From a virus (lineage: Duplodnaviria; Caudoviricetes), in the IMG/VR virus record IMGVR_UViG_2924263452_000001, positions 63,363-127,362 of that record: a DNA stretch of 64,000 nt, one strand, 5' to 3'. Below the pieces are notes generated by a model. It was given only the letters and a program-made list of their open reading frames with translations. It was not told the origin of the DNA and ran no database searches. This document shows, one piece after another, positions 16,617 to 26,728 of this stretch (position 1 is its first letter; every line of letters starts with the position of its first letter). The translations under genes were made by a program, and so were the position numbers.

Positions 16617-19241
16617 CTACTTTCTTCTAGTGATTGCTTTTCTCACAAGATCAATCGGAATAATTAAGAATGCCAGGGCTACCGTTACACCCCACTGTGT
16701 AAGTGTCATTGCTGTACATCCCATAATTTCCCCACCAAACTGTGCAAGTAAAAATGTAATGACAAAAATCGCAATTGCTATCTCTACAAAAAGTTTGTTC
16801 TTGCCGATTCCTTTAAACAGGTTAAATCCATCTGTTCTGATATTGAAACCGTTGAATGTTGCCATCATCACAAGTAATGCAAATCTCGCTGTTGCATAAA
16901 CTTCTTCGTTATTTCCAAATATATTCTGTATAGCTGGCAATAATGTGAGTCCAAAAATTCCTATAAATGCCATAACTGATACCGCAATCTGACTAACAGT
17001 TTCTTTTGATAACAGTTTTGATCCTTTTGGAATAGGCTTTTCTTTCATATACTCTTCTTTTGCTGGTTCTCCACCAAAGGAAAGAGAATTAAGAGAATCC
17101 ATAACGATGTTAATTACAAGAATCTGCACTGCTGCAACTGCTTCTACAGCCATAATAATCGGATATAAAATACTGAGAATTACCAGACCTACATTGATAG
17201 GTAACTGGAATTTCAGGAACTTCATAACATTGTGCATGAATGTTCTTCCAAGAAGAACTGCATCCGTAATTGACACAAAATTATCATCTGTAATAATAAT
17301 GTCCCCGGCTTCTTTGCATACATCTGTTCCAGATCCCATTGAAAAGCCAACGTCCGCAGCTTTTAAAGCTGGTGCATCGTTTGTGCCATCACCAGTCATA
17401 CCAACACAAAGTCCAAGTTCCTGTGCCAGTCGCACAATTCTCAGCTTTGTATTCGGTGTAGCTCTTGCGATAACCTTGATATGTGGCAATTTTTCTTTTG
17501 CTTCTTCGTCGGATAATGCATCAAAATCAATAGCTGACATCGCAATATCTGTGTCATCTTTGATAAGCCCGGCATCTTTCGAAATAGCTTTTGCTGTGTC
17601 AATGACATCGCCAGTTACCATCATAACCTGAACACCTGCATCATGCATTCTTTCAACTGCTTCTGGTACTTCTGGACGTACATCATCACGAATAGCAACC
17701 AATGAAGTAATGATAAGATCATCAGGTAAACCATTTTCCGGCAATGCTGATCTACTATAGCCTGTTGCAATTACTCGCATTGCTTTTACCGTGTATGATT
17801 TTACAATATCTTTTAATTTATTTCTTTCAACTGTATGTGTGCCATTTTCATCTTCATATGAAACGGCTACATCAATCAAACGCTCTGGTGCGCCTTTATA
17901 GTATGTGATTTTTCCGTCTTTTCCATCAGTTTCAACTGCACTGAATTTATTTGCACTGTTAAAGCTCTTTGCATTCGTTACCTTTACAGAATCAGTGATT
18001 GTTTTATATTCATCACTATCAATCATAGTAAGTAATGCTCTTTCTGTTGCATTTCCACCTACAATGTTTTTATTCTCGTCATACATAGCACTGCTATTTA
18101 ACGCTACATTCAACTTGAATAAGCTATCCACCATTGTTCCACTTGTAACTTTTTCTCTATTACACATTACATTTTCAACTGGAACAAGTTTTCCGACTGT
18201 AAGTGTTCCTGTCTTATCAGTACAAAGCAACTGAATATTTCCCGCTTCCGGAATTTTATTCGTATGTTTTGCCAGGACATTGTGCTTAATCATAATCTTC
18301 GCATTCTGTGCTGTTATAAGATTAATGATAAGTGGTAAACCTTCCGGCACTGCTGCAACAATAATGGTAAGTGCGGTTACTGCAATAGTAAGAATATTCT
18401 TCAGAACTCCAATCCAACCAATTCCAAAATATTCTGCAACGCCACCATATTGAATGATGTTTGTGATGATTAACGCTACTACAATAATTGAAGCTCCAAT
18501 ATACCCGAATTTGCTAATCTGTTTAGCAAGATCCTCTAACTGGATTTCCAACGATGTTTTTGTTTCTTCAATTTCATCAATAGTTGAGATTGTTTGACCG
18601 TTTACCGTATTAACTCCAACATTGGTTACAATCATTTTTCCCTCACCGTCAACCACTGTTGTTCCGGAGAATAATGCATAATAATTTACATAATCATCTG
18701 AATTTGCTTTTCTTTTTCCACCGATTTCGATATGTGGATTTCCTTTATTCCAGGCACTTTTTTTACATGGCTCAGATTCTCCATTTAAAACAGAATTATC
18801 TACTTTTAAATTTCCTTCAACAAGATATCCGTCTGCATAAATAGCCTCACCTGATTGAACAATAACCAAATCTCCAACAACAAGATCATCCGTGTTAATA
18901 TGTTCTATCTTTCCATCCCTAACCACATTGCAATAATGAACCGATGTCCTATCCCTTAATTCTTTCTCACTTTTCTGGCTTTTTAATCCTATATTCATTC
19001 CAAGAAGCGCAATAGCAAGTAATACTACTGCAACGCCAATCGGTTCTGAATAAGAACCCTGTCCAAACACTGCAATAACTGTGAACACAATCATCATGGC
19101 TAAAAGAATCTGGTTTATGTGATCCTTAAATGTTTCCATGAAGAACTGCAGTCCAGTTTTCATTTTTTTCTCTGGTAACTTGTTTGTCCCAAATTTTTCT
19201 CGGTTTTCAACCACCTGTCTACTTGTTAGTCCTTTTTCCAT
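16617..19241 (-). CDS. P-type (P2, Ca2+-type) cation-transporting ATPase
   Basis: GES, AVPEGL, DKTGT, KGAPE, TGD, GDGTNDAPAL, multiple TM helices. Confidence 0.95.
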   Translation of the reverse strand: MEKGLTSRQVVENREKFGTNKLPEKKMKTGLQFFMETFKDHINQILLAMMIVFTVIAVFGQGSYSEPIGVAVVLLAIALLGMNIGLKSQKSEKELRDRTSVHYCNVVRDGKIEHINTDDLVVGDLVIVQSGEAIYADGYLVEGNLKVDNSVLNGESEPCKKSAWNKGNPHIEIGGKRKANSDDYVNYYALFSGTTVVDGEGKMIVTNVGVNTVNGQTISTIDEIEETKTSLEIQLEDLAKQISKFGYIGASIIVVALIITNIIQYGGVAEYFGIGWIGVLKNILTIAVTALTIIVAAVPEGLPLIINLITAQNAKIMIKHNVLAKHTNKIPEAGNIQLLCTDKTGTLTVGKLVPVENVMCNREKVTSGTMVDSLFKLNVALNSSAMYDENKNIVGGNATERALLTMIDSDEYKTITDSVKVTNAKSFNSANKFSAVETDGKDGKITYYKGAPERLIDVAVSYEDENGTHTVERNKLKDIVKSYTVKAMRVIATGYSRSALPENGLPDDLIITSLVAIRDDVRPEVPEAVERMHDAGVQVMMVTGDVIDTAKAISKDAGLIKDDTDIAMSAIDFDALSDEEAKEKLPHIKVIARATPNTKLRIVRLAQELGLCVGMTGDGTNDAPALKAADVGFSMGSGTDVCKEAGDIIITDDNFVSITDAVLLGRTFMHNVMKFLKFQLPINVGLVILSILYPIIMAVEAVAAVQILVINIVMDSLNSLSFGGEPAKEEYMKEKPIPKGSKLLSKETVSQIAVSVMAFIGIFGLTLLPAIQNIFGNNEEVYATARFALLVMMATFNGFNIRTDGFNLFKGIGKNKLFVEIAIAIFVITFLLAQFGGEIMGCTAMTLTQWGVTVALAFLIIPIDLVRKAITRRK

Positions 19242-19555
19242 CCTGTTTCCTTTCTTTTATTTTGTTTATCTTTATCTATATCAACAGTACAGGTTTTTAT
19301 ACCTGTACTGGAAATAACAACAACACACTCTCTAAGTATGTGTTCTTTTATAGGAAATGTACACGAAATATCAATATGCCATTTATCATAAATAACATAC
19401 CAGTTGAATTTTACATTCCACCACTTTATTGATAATATATATGTTCCTGATTGAAAATAATTTCCTGAACTTCCAAACGGTTCAAAAAATCTAAAATAAT
19501 CTCTCCCATATATAAAACCAAATACAATTATTAAACAAATTATTATTTTTACCAC
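19226..19555 (-). CDS. hypothetical membrane-anchored protein
   Basis: N-terminal hydrophobic segment; promoter upstream. Confidence 0.5.
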   Translation of the reverse strand: MVKIIICLIIVFGFIYGRDYFRFFEPFGSSGNYFQSGTYILSIKWWNVKFNWYVIYDKWHIDISCTFPIKEHILRECVVVISSTGIKTCTVDIDKDKQNKRKETGWKKD

Positions 19556-19615
19556 CTTCTATATAATATCACCATTTCTTTTGTATGTCAACTATTATTT
19601 CTTTTATCTTATTGA

Positions 19616-20284
19616 TTATTTTTTATACCTGGTATCTTTTTTGTCTCTTGATTTTAAAATAACGCTGCGATATTTCTCATAGCTTTTTATGGACACATAT
19701 TTTCCATTTATTACGTCGAAGCACTGTTCCCCTCTTGCCATTTCATATGCATTTGCTGTAATTACAATGTATACTTCCTTATCCTTATGAATATCCAGAA
19801 TCAATTTAAAAAGTTCATCTTTCAATTCAACAACATTGTCAATACTAAACCCACTGTCTACTGCATCAGCAAAAATCCAATATTCGTTGTCATTCGGATT
19901 ATTTCGGAACATTGATCCAATCATTTTCGCAAAGTTCCCCATATTTAATGCTATGTTCTCTCCCTCACTGGAACACATACTCGTTGCAAGAAATGTAATA
20001 TCTCCGTAAAATTCGGCTTTGCTTCTTGCATTGCTGCCATCATTCTTTAGATTGTCAAACATTACACACGGGATATTTTCTTTTTGTACAATTCCGTATA
20101 ACTGTTTCAATAGTGTTGACTTACCAGCACCATTGCAACCAACCAAAACCGTAACACCAGGAACAAGTTCTATCGTGGCTTTATTATACATTTTGATACC
20201 TTCACCATAGGCATCATTATCAATTTTGAATTTCCGTCCCATAGTTTTTCTACTCTCCATAAACTTGTACTGTACCATCAGCAT
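19616..20284 (-). CDS. ABC/AAA-type ATPase; start probably MGRKF near 20242
   Basis: Walker A GCNGAGKST, SSEGE signature, Walker B-like IFADAVDSG. Confidence 0.75.
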   Translation of the reverse strand: MLMVQYKFMESRKTMGRKFKIDNDAYGEGIKMYNKATIELVPGVTVLVGCNGAGKSTLLKQLYGIVQKENIPCVMFDNLKNDGSNARSKAEFYGDITFLATSMCSSEGENIALNMGNFAKMIGSMFRNNPNDNEYWIFADAVDSGFSIDNVVELKDELFKLILDIHKDKEVYIVITANAYEMARGEQCFDVINGKYVSIKSYEKYRSVILKSRDKKDTRYKK

Positions 20285-20552
20285 TATATAATGGTGTTAT
20301 ACCAAATTTATAACCAGATTTGGCGATAAAATATTTCACTTTGGTATCTTTCGCATACACAATCCTATAAATTGCTCCTGAATCATCCCACTCTGTTATA
20401 AGTGTAAAATAGTTTCCACAAAGGCTATACTCTGTATTATCCTTTTGCCCAGTTACTTCTTGATATGTTTTTCCACATGCCGTACATGTAGTACATAGAA
20501 TGAATATAATAGCTGCAAAACAAGCAACTTTGTTAATAATTTTCTTTCTCAT
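20250..20552 (-). CDS. small lipoprotein
   Basis: lipobox CTAC; YAKDTKVKY, ITPLYNADG. Confidence 0.7.
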   Translation of the reverse strand: MRKKIINKVACFAAIIFILCTTCTACGKTYQEVTGQKDNTEYSLCGNYFTLITEWDDSGAIYRIVYAKDTKVKYFIAKSGYKFGITPLYNADGTVQVYGE

Positions 20553-20858
20553 TTATTTACCTCTACTTTTTATTGGTGTTCTTACCAGTGGCGAAGCTGT
20601 TGTATAATCACCATTCTCTTTTATGAGAGTCAACTGGCATCCACCCATTACTTCATAAGTAATTCCCTTTTTGTTATCAAGAAAAGCAAGTGCTTCATCT
20701 GCATCTTTAAAAACTTCCGGATAAATAGTTCCGTATGGATATGAAACCCACTGGTATATATCATGTCCATCAAAATGTCCACTGCCACTTCCACATAACA
20801 TAAATGTGTTCACATGTTTTCCGGATTCAGCAGAAAATATTTTTACAATTCGTTTCAT
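20553..20858 (-). CDS. hypothetical protein
   Basis: 101-aa ORF abutting neighbours. Confidence 0.55.
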   Translation of the reverse strand: MKRIVKIFSAESGKHVNTFMLCGSGSGHFDGHDIYQWVSYPYGTIYPEVFKDADEALAFLDNKKGITYEVMGGCQLTLIKENGDYTTASPLVRTPIKSRGK

Positions 20859-20877
20859 GTTTATTTAATTCGCCTTT

Positions 20878-21111
20878 CTAAAATAAATTTCCTTGACTGT
20901 CTACCAGTCCTTCATATCCGCACCATTTACATCTGCAATGCAATGACGCTCCATCAAAACCAGTTGTTTCATAATCTTTCATGTGACAATGCCAGCCTCT
21001 CTTGCAATAAATCTTTTGTAACGGTTTTACATGATTTGCTATGGCATATCCAATCCCGTCAAGAATAATAAGTGACATTAAAATTACACCTACAAATAAA
21101 CCAATACTCAC
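20878..21111 (-). CDS. small membrane-anchored Cys/His protein
   Basis: TM then C...GWH...CKWCG. Confidence 0.55.
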   Translation of the reverse strand: MSIGLFVGVILMSLIILDGIGYAIANHVKPLQKIYCKRGWHCHMKDYETTGFDGASLHCRCKWCGYEGLVDSQGNLF

Positions 21112-21113
21112 AA

Positions 21114-21560
21114 TTACGCCAACCTCCTCTCTAAGATTTGATTTACCAATTTTCCATCTGCTTTACCCTTAACCTGTGGCATGAGAACTTTCATGATCTT
21201 TCCTTTTTCTTTTTTGGTTGGACTATCTAATTCCAGATCCTTCAGTACATCAGAAATAACCTTTTCAATTTCTGCTTCATTCATCATCTGCGGCGCGAAT
21301 TGCTGCAGAACTGCCAGGCGGTTATTACACTGTTGAATAATGTCCGTTCTGTCTGCCGGTGTCATTTCCAGTGTTTCTTTTGTCTGTTTGATCTCTTTCT
21401 GTACTACTGCATCCTCTTCTTCTGGTGATAAAACTCGCATTTTATCAATTTCTGCATTCTTCAAAGCCGCCAAGAGTAGAGCCAATGTATCTTTCTTCTC
21501 CTTATCTTTTTCTTTCATGGATTTAACCATTTCGTTTCTTACTAATTCCTGTTTACTCAT
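21114..21560 (-). CDS. yqeY: GatB/YqeY domain protein
   Basis: MK.KD....L.L..AALKNAEI, KEIKQ, P..M, GKIMK.L...VKGKADGKLV. Confidence 0.88.
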   Translation of the reverse strand: MSKQELVRNEMVKSMKEKDKEKKDTLALLLAALKNAEIDKMRVLSPEEEDAVVQKEIKQTKETLEMTPADRTDIIQQCNNRLAVLQQFAPQMMNEAEIEKVISDVLKDLELDSPTKKEKGKIMKVLMPQVKGKADGKLVNQILERRLA

Positions 21561-21590
21561 TCTTGTTTTCTCCTTTATATAATATTTTTA

Positions 21591-24293
21591 TTATGCCATT
21601 TGTAATTTAGGTATTCTATCAACATCTCTGTTTGAAAACACTTCTATAAAATTCCCTTTTATATTAATACAACGTTCCCCAAGCTTTCCAATATGTTCAA
21701 TATCACTAAGCTTACGAAACCTATTTTTCCCAATCCTTACTGTATATTTATAATAAATTTTGCTTAAATTAGCACAGGTCATATTCTCTTGTTTTAAAAT
21801 ATCCTGATATATCTCATTTGGAACTACTGCCACATTTATTTTTTTATATTCAATATTTCGTACACATTTATTTTCTTTTAACAATTCTCCACTTTCACAA
21901 TAACTATATATATGAACTTCATCATTGAGTGGATTTATTGTACCTATGCTCGCCTTATACCCATCAATGTCATTTTGAGCTATTAAATTGACACTGATAT
22001 TATCCCACACATTATTCATATAATCTGCATTTTTGTATGGTATTTTTAACTGACCATTATTTCTATCAAGTAGATTATATGTGTTTTCCAATAAGCTTTC
22101 GTCATATATTTTATAAGAAAATGATTCCGGAACTGTAACATACAAATAAACATCTTCATTATTAGAATGCTCTCTTATAGTTCCCAAGTCGTCGTGTCTA
22201 CGTAATCTTCCGATAAACTGTATTAAACTTCCAATCGGACACAAACTGGAAATCCCATAGTCAAAATCAATATCAAGCGACTGCTCTATTATAGAAGTTG
22301 CAATCACTATACATCTTTTTCCTCTATGCTCTCTATTCTTTCCGAATTTCTTCAAAAGTTGCTGCGAAATACTGTCCTTTTGTTCTTGTGTCATTTCACT
22401 ATGAAATTTTATAATTTCTGCATCTGGTATTTTATCAATCAACAAATCATATAATTCATCAACCTCTCTTATTAAATTCCTTTTTATACATATACACGAA
22501 CCATTGCCAATTAAACTTTTGGCTAATTCAACGATTTTATCATAATCATTGTCAATATGCCTCTGTTCATATAATGTAATTCTCTTATTTCCTTCTTCAA
22601 ATACTTTTTCCTGAATAAGTTTTCCTTCTCTGTCTATGATTGAAATTAACGGATATGCAGTTGATATTTCGTTGTACTCACCATATACTCCCAGTAGTTC
22701 TTTCTTCATTCTTACTGGTAATGTTGCAGATAACATAACAACTCTAATCCCAAATATCTTGCACATCTCTAAAAATCTTTTTATTACTTCTAACTGAAAA
22801 TAATCTATGTCGTGAATTTCATCTATAATAACCGTTTTGTTTAGCAATCCCATAAATTCCAAACCATAATACGGAATCTTTCTCACAGACATTAAAATTT
22901 GATCTATTGTTCCCACTACATAAGGGTACATCAATTTAAGTCTTTCATCTGAAAGAATATACGATCTATCTAACACGTTATCCTCGTTGAAGTACGAAGT
23001 TCCAGTATATAATAATGCTTTTTCATTTATATTGCACTCTTTAAGAATGTCCCTAACTCTCCCCAACAATCCTTGCGCTGTACAAGTTGTTGGAGTGGCA
23101 AAATAAACACCGCCAGGGGATCTTGATAGTGCAGCATATATAGCCGCCTCTGTTTTTCCTCCACCACAAGCATCCTCAATAAGAATCAGCGAATAATCGT
23201 TTCTATCACAATATCCGCAAATAACATTCTGAATATTATTGGGACACTTAAATTTCCCAAAAATATTATGATATAATGAGTCTTTTTGTTCATAAGACAT
23301 TGAAAAGTTGCTTATATACTGTTCCTTACATCTCTCAGATATATTATCATATAAATATTTCATATATTCAGAATCTTCTTTAAAATCAAGACTCGTTTTT
23401 AATCCAATCGTCATTTGCCCTGAAGCCAACCAATCAGCAAAAACAACTATACTTGTTATTATTAAAGAAACTAGATCAATAATCTCATTTCCGTCTACAT
23501 CACTGTATAATTTCATATTTGTATTTTCTCCATTATGATACGGAAATAGTTTACAAATATATTTATACATACTTTTAATATCGTCCGGGATTTCGCAACA
23601 ACTCAAAAAATCTCGCGTTTCTGATCTTCCCACTTTATTTTGATGGTGGCACGAAATAATCTTTTTGGCAATCCCTATATTATATCTATCTAAAATCCCA
23701 TCCTTTTTTAAGAGCTGCTCCAAAATGATTTCAGAGTATACTTCATGCCGGAATTTTTTACAATCTCTTTCTGTTGGATTTTTCCAAAATTCATCGTGCA
23801 TTTTTCCTATATCATGAATCGCCGCTAAAAAGATGACAAATCTTTTTACATCGTTTGTATCTGACTCCGTTAATTCAGATATTCTTTTAATAGTATTCCT
23901 GAATATTGTATTACACAAATATTTTGCTATTACACCAGATTCTATTAAATGAATGTGTAAATATTTATCTGGTTTTGCATAATAGTTCATCCAGTTCGTT
24001 ATTTCTTTTTCGTAATTTTTTGTAATCAAATTTATTCCTTCAAAATCATTAAGTTTATATCTTGTTTCTCTAATTGTCTTTATAGAGAATTTTTGCTCTG
24101 CTTTATCACTGTAAATAAGTGTGGCAGAAATTTCTATATTTTCTTTAGATTCGTTTTCTAGCATATTCCATATGTATTCTCTTGTATTCGCAGGACAAGT
24201 TGACAAAAATACATATGGCTTTATTTCATAACAAAATCTAGTTAATTCACCTCTGATTTTATCTGGAATATTTTCACATATAATCAAAAACAT
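21591..24293 (-). CDS. cas3: Cas2(I-E type)-Cas3 (HD nuclease + SF2 helicase) fusion
   Basis: N-terminal ~92 aa ENIPDKIRGELTR..EI..VF..R..IW..EQKF..DFEGINL = Cas2e; HL, IHDIGK, RHE, HH, ADW (HD); CGGGKTEAA, GTIDQ, DEIH, SATLP, EQSLDIDFD, QFIGRLRRH (helicase). Confidence 0.92.
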   Translation of the reverse strand: MFLIICENIPDKIRGELTRFCYEIKPYVFLSTCPANTREYIWNMLENESKENIEISATLIYSDKAEQKFSIKTIRETRYKLNDFEGINLITKNYEKEITNWMNYYAKPDKYLHIHLIESGVIAKYLCNTIFRNTIKRISELTESDTNDVKRFVIFLAAIHDIGKMHDEFWKNPTERDCKKFRHEVYSEIILEQLLKKDGILDRYNIGIAKKIISCHHQNKVGRSETRDFLSCCEIPDDIKSMYKYICKLFPYHNGENTNMKLYSDVDGNEIIDLVSLIITSIVVFADWLASGQMTIGLKTSLDFKEDSEYMKYLYDNISERCKEQYISNFSMSYEQKDSLYHNIFGKFKCPNNIQNVICGYCDRNDYSLILIEDACGGGKTEAAIYAALSRSPGGVYFATPTTCTAQGLLGRVRDILKECNINEKALLYTGTSYFNEDNVLDRSYILSDERLKLMYPYVVGTIDQILMSVRKIPYYGLEFMGLLNKTVIIDEIHDIDYFQLEVIKRFLEMCKIFGIRVVMLSATLPVRMKKELLGVYGEYNEISTAYPLISIIDREGKLIQEKVFEEGNKRITLYEQRHIDNDYDKIVELAKSLIGNGSCICIKRNLIREVDELYDLLIDKIPDAEIIKFHSEMTQEQKDSISQQLLKKFGKNREHRGKRCIVIATSIIEQSLDIDFDYGISSLCPIGSLIQFIGRLRRHDDLGTIREHSNNEDVYLYVTVPESFSYKIYDESLLENTYNLLDRNNGQLKIPYKNADYMNNVWDNISVNLIAQNDIDGYKASIGTINPLNDEVHIYSYCESGELLKENKCVRNIEYKKINVAVVPNEIYQDILKQENMTCANLSKIYYKYTVRIGKNRFRKLSDIEHIGKLGERCINIKGNFIEVFSNRDVDRIPKLQMA

Positions 24294-24316
24294 TTTACAT
24301 TTTCCTTAACCTAAAA

Positions 24317-25575
24317 TATAATACCTTCTCTATATAAGAAGAAATACAGACGGGTTTTCCACTACCATTTGCATTTTTAGAACCACCTTCTCATGCAGAG
24401 AAGAAACCTTACAAAAGGATATGCTCAGTGTTACAATACAGGAATTACCTTCTCATATAGAGAAGAAGCATCGAACATATGTATCTATGTGACAAACACG
24501 AAGAATTACCTTCTCGTATAGAGAAGAAACTTCTGTTTATCTGTATTTATGCTCGAACATTTAGAATAACCTTCTCATGTAGAGAAGAAACATCGGTGCT
24601 GCCAATCAAGAGCAATCAACCGCTCAGAATAACCTTCTCATATAGAGAAGAAATTGAAATCCCCATTTCGAGGCAACAAATAGATTTAGAGTTACCTTCT
24701 CATATAGAGAAGAAATAAAGAAGCTATAAAAAAGCCAAGCGAGGACACAGAGTTACCTTCTCATATAGAGAAGAAATTTTTGATATGGATTCCGGCAGCA
24801 GTCGCGCCATAGAGTTACCTTCTCATATAGAGAAGAAGCCCTGACAAGTCCTTATGATACGATACACTATGAGAATTACCTTCTCATACAGAGAAGAAAT
24901 GTCTGCACAACTGCATCGTGATCTGACTCTTTAGAATTACCTTCTCATATAGAGAAGAAATTAAAAGCTTACTTTCCCACTTCTTTCTGCGGTGAGAACT
25001 ACCTTCTCATATAGAGAAGAAACAGAGGGATAATTGGAGGATCAGATTCTTTTTCGGAATTACCTTCTCATATAGAGAAGAAACACAAAAACTTGCGGGC
25101 TATCTCTTGATGCGTGGGGAATGACCTTCTCATGTAGAGAAGAAACTGTGCCACGCACCGGAAGCTCTCCATATTCAAGAATCACCTTCTCATATAGAGA
25201 AGAAACAGCGGCTAGCACTGTAAGAAATGGCTTGTCTTTAGAACTACCTTCTCATATAGAGAAGAAACCGGCAATATTCACCTTTATGGCACACCTGCAA
25301 GAGAATAACCTTCTCATGTAAAGAAGAAACGTACTCAGATTTTCTTGAAAGTTCTCTCCTGGAGAATAACCTTCTCATGTAGAGAAGAAACTTGATCCAT
25401 TTGAGATCTTTTCCCTCGCAATTAGAATAACCTTCTCATATAGAGAAGAAACTGATAAGAATTTTTATGTCTATTGATTGCCTCAGAATAACCTTCTCAT
25501 GTAGAGAAGAAACATGTTCCGCGGTTGCAAATGCTGATCTGATCTGAGAATAACCTTCTCATGTAGAGAAGAAAC
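24317..25575 (-). CRISPR. CRISPR array: 21 repeats (29 nt, GTTTCTTCTCTAYATGAGAAGGTWATTCT), 20 spacers of ~31-34 nt
   Basis: ~61-62-nt periodicity; CTTCTC/GAGAAG hairpin; I-E-like layout; degenerate terminal repeat at 24317. Confidence 0.98.
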
Positions 25576-25583
25576 TCCATAGT

Positions 25584-26201
25584 TTATAAGATTACAAACG
25601 GTAACATAAGCCCACTTCCATATGATTTTTGCTGCCCGATTCCATTTTTGCAAGCTTCAATGAATTTGTCACGATCATCTATTCTTACACGTAAAATGAA
25701 TGTCGATATTCCTAATTCTCTGCTCTTCACACCGTCCTTTGCAATATAGCACGATGTTTGGATTTCTTTATAAATTTTTTTCACCGTTGCACCGGATTCC
25801 AACATCTTTCTTATAACCCAATTTTCTTTTTCATATGAATCAGTAATGAGCATTTTTCTACTACTATTTTTTTCTTTTGACTTTATAACGTCAGTTTTTA
25901 CTGGGTTCACATGAATCTCAATATCAATTTCGTCATCTTCTATACATTCATCATAATTGATTTCTTCAGAATGAACCACAGAAAATCCTGTACATGCTTC
26001 AACATTTGGTTTATTTATAGACTGTAGAAAAATCACCTGATCTTTTTCATCGTTATAAAATAACACGCCTTCTTCTTTTCTATTTGATTTAAACATCCGC
26101 ATAATTGTCTTATGCATCTTATCAAAATCATGCAACTCCATTCGCATTTTTTTTATGTCATATTTTAAAATATATAAATACATAGCATCTAACCTCTGCA
26201 A
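25584..26201 (-). CDS. cas6e: Cas6e/Cse3 crRNA endoribonuclease; start probably MYLY near 26183
   Basis: HKTIMRMF, VNPVK, G-rich loop GIGQQKSYGSGLM. Confidence 0.9.
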   Translation of the reverse strand: MQRLDAMYLYILKYDIKKMRMELHDFDKMHKTIMRMFKSNRKEEGVLFYNDEKDQVIFLQSINKPNVEACTGFSVVHSEEINYDECIEDDEIDIEIHVNPVKTDVIKSKEKNSSRKMLITDSYEKENWVIRKMLESGATVKKIYKEIQTSCYIAKDGVKSRELGISTFILRVRIDDRDKFIEACKNGIGQQKSYGSGLMLPFVIL

Positions 26202-26728
26202 TTCCTATACGAACACCTTTTTGTTATTTTGTACATCTTACTTACATCAACTCTTTCTACTCCTTTGAAAACATTCCCTGCCGGATATTCCTTTCGACCA
26301 AGGTATAAATCTCTCTTCGGATGTTCAAGACAATAACCAATTCCTTTTGTAATATAATCATCATAAAGTCTAAAATACAAAACGAATTTCTTATCTACTA
26401 TGGCTTCTTTTCTTACGATAGAAAGCCCTTTAGGATCTATTTTCCCATTTCCACACATATGCTTATCCATGTTCGATTTATGAAAATCTTCCATGATTGA
26501 ACATGCTCCACTCATATCTGACTGTTCTGTATCTAAATATAGTTCAATATTATCTTCGATATAATCAATAAGTGGATTTTTATAAGTTAGATTTAGTGCG
26601 TTTTCAATTAATCCTCCAACTCCTGATAAGGTTGGTATGTATGATGTTCTTTTAAATATAGGTGTACTTGCAGTACCCCACGATTGAAGTGGGGCAGCAA
26701 ATACTAATTTTCCGTATAACTTTTCCAT
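26189..26728 (-). CDS. cas5: Cas5e
   Basis: APLQSWG, PTLSGVGGL, LYLGRK. Confidence 0.9.
   Translation of the reverse strand: MEKLYGKLVFAAPLQSWGTASTPIFKRTSYIPTLSGVGGLIENALNLTYKNPLIDYIEDNIELYLDTEQSDMSGACSIMEDFHKSNMDKHMCGNGKIDPKGLSIVRKEAIVDKKFVLYFRLYDDYITKGIGYCLEHPKRDLYLGRKEYPAGNVFKGVERVDVSKMYKITKRCSYRNCRG

Noticed and set aside
24470-24562. SOS-box-like CGAACAT sequences in two adjacent spacers
   Set aside because: Only partial matches; the first also reads as an open frame; cannot be distinguished from chance without protospacers.
24479-25321. ORFs 24479..24718 and 25121..25321
   Set aside because: Translations of CRISPR repeats and spacers.
24346-25546. Self-targeting spacers
   Set aside because: No nucleotide-level match to this window noticed by eye; not exhaustive.
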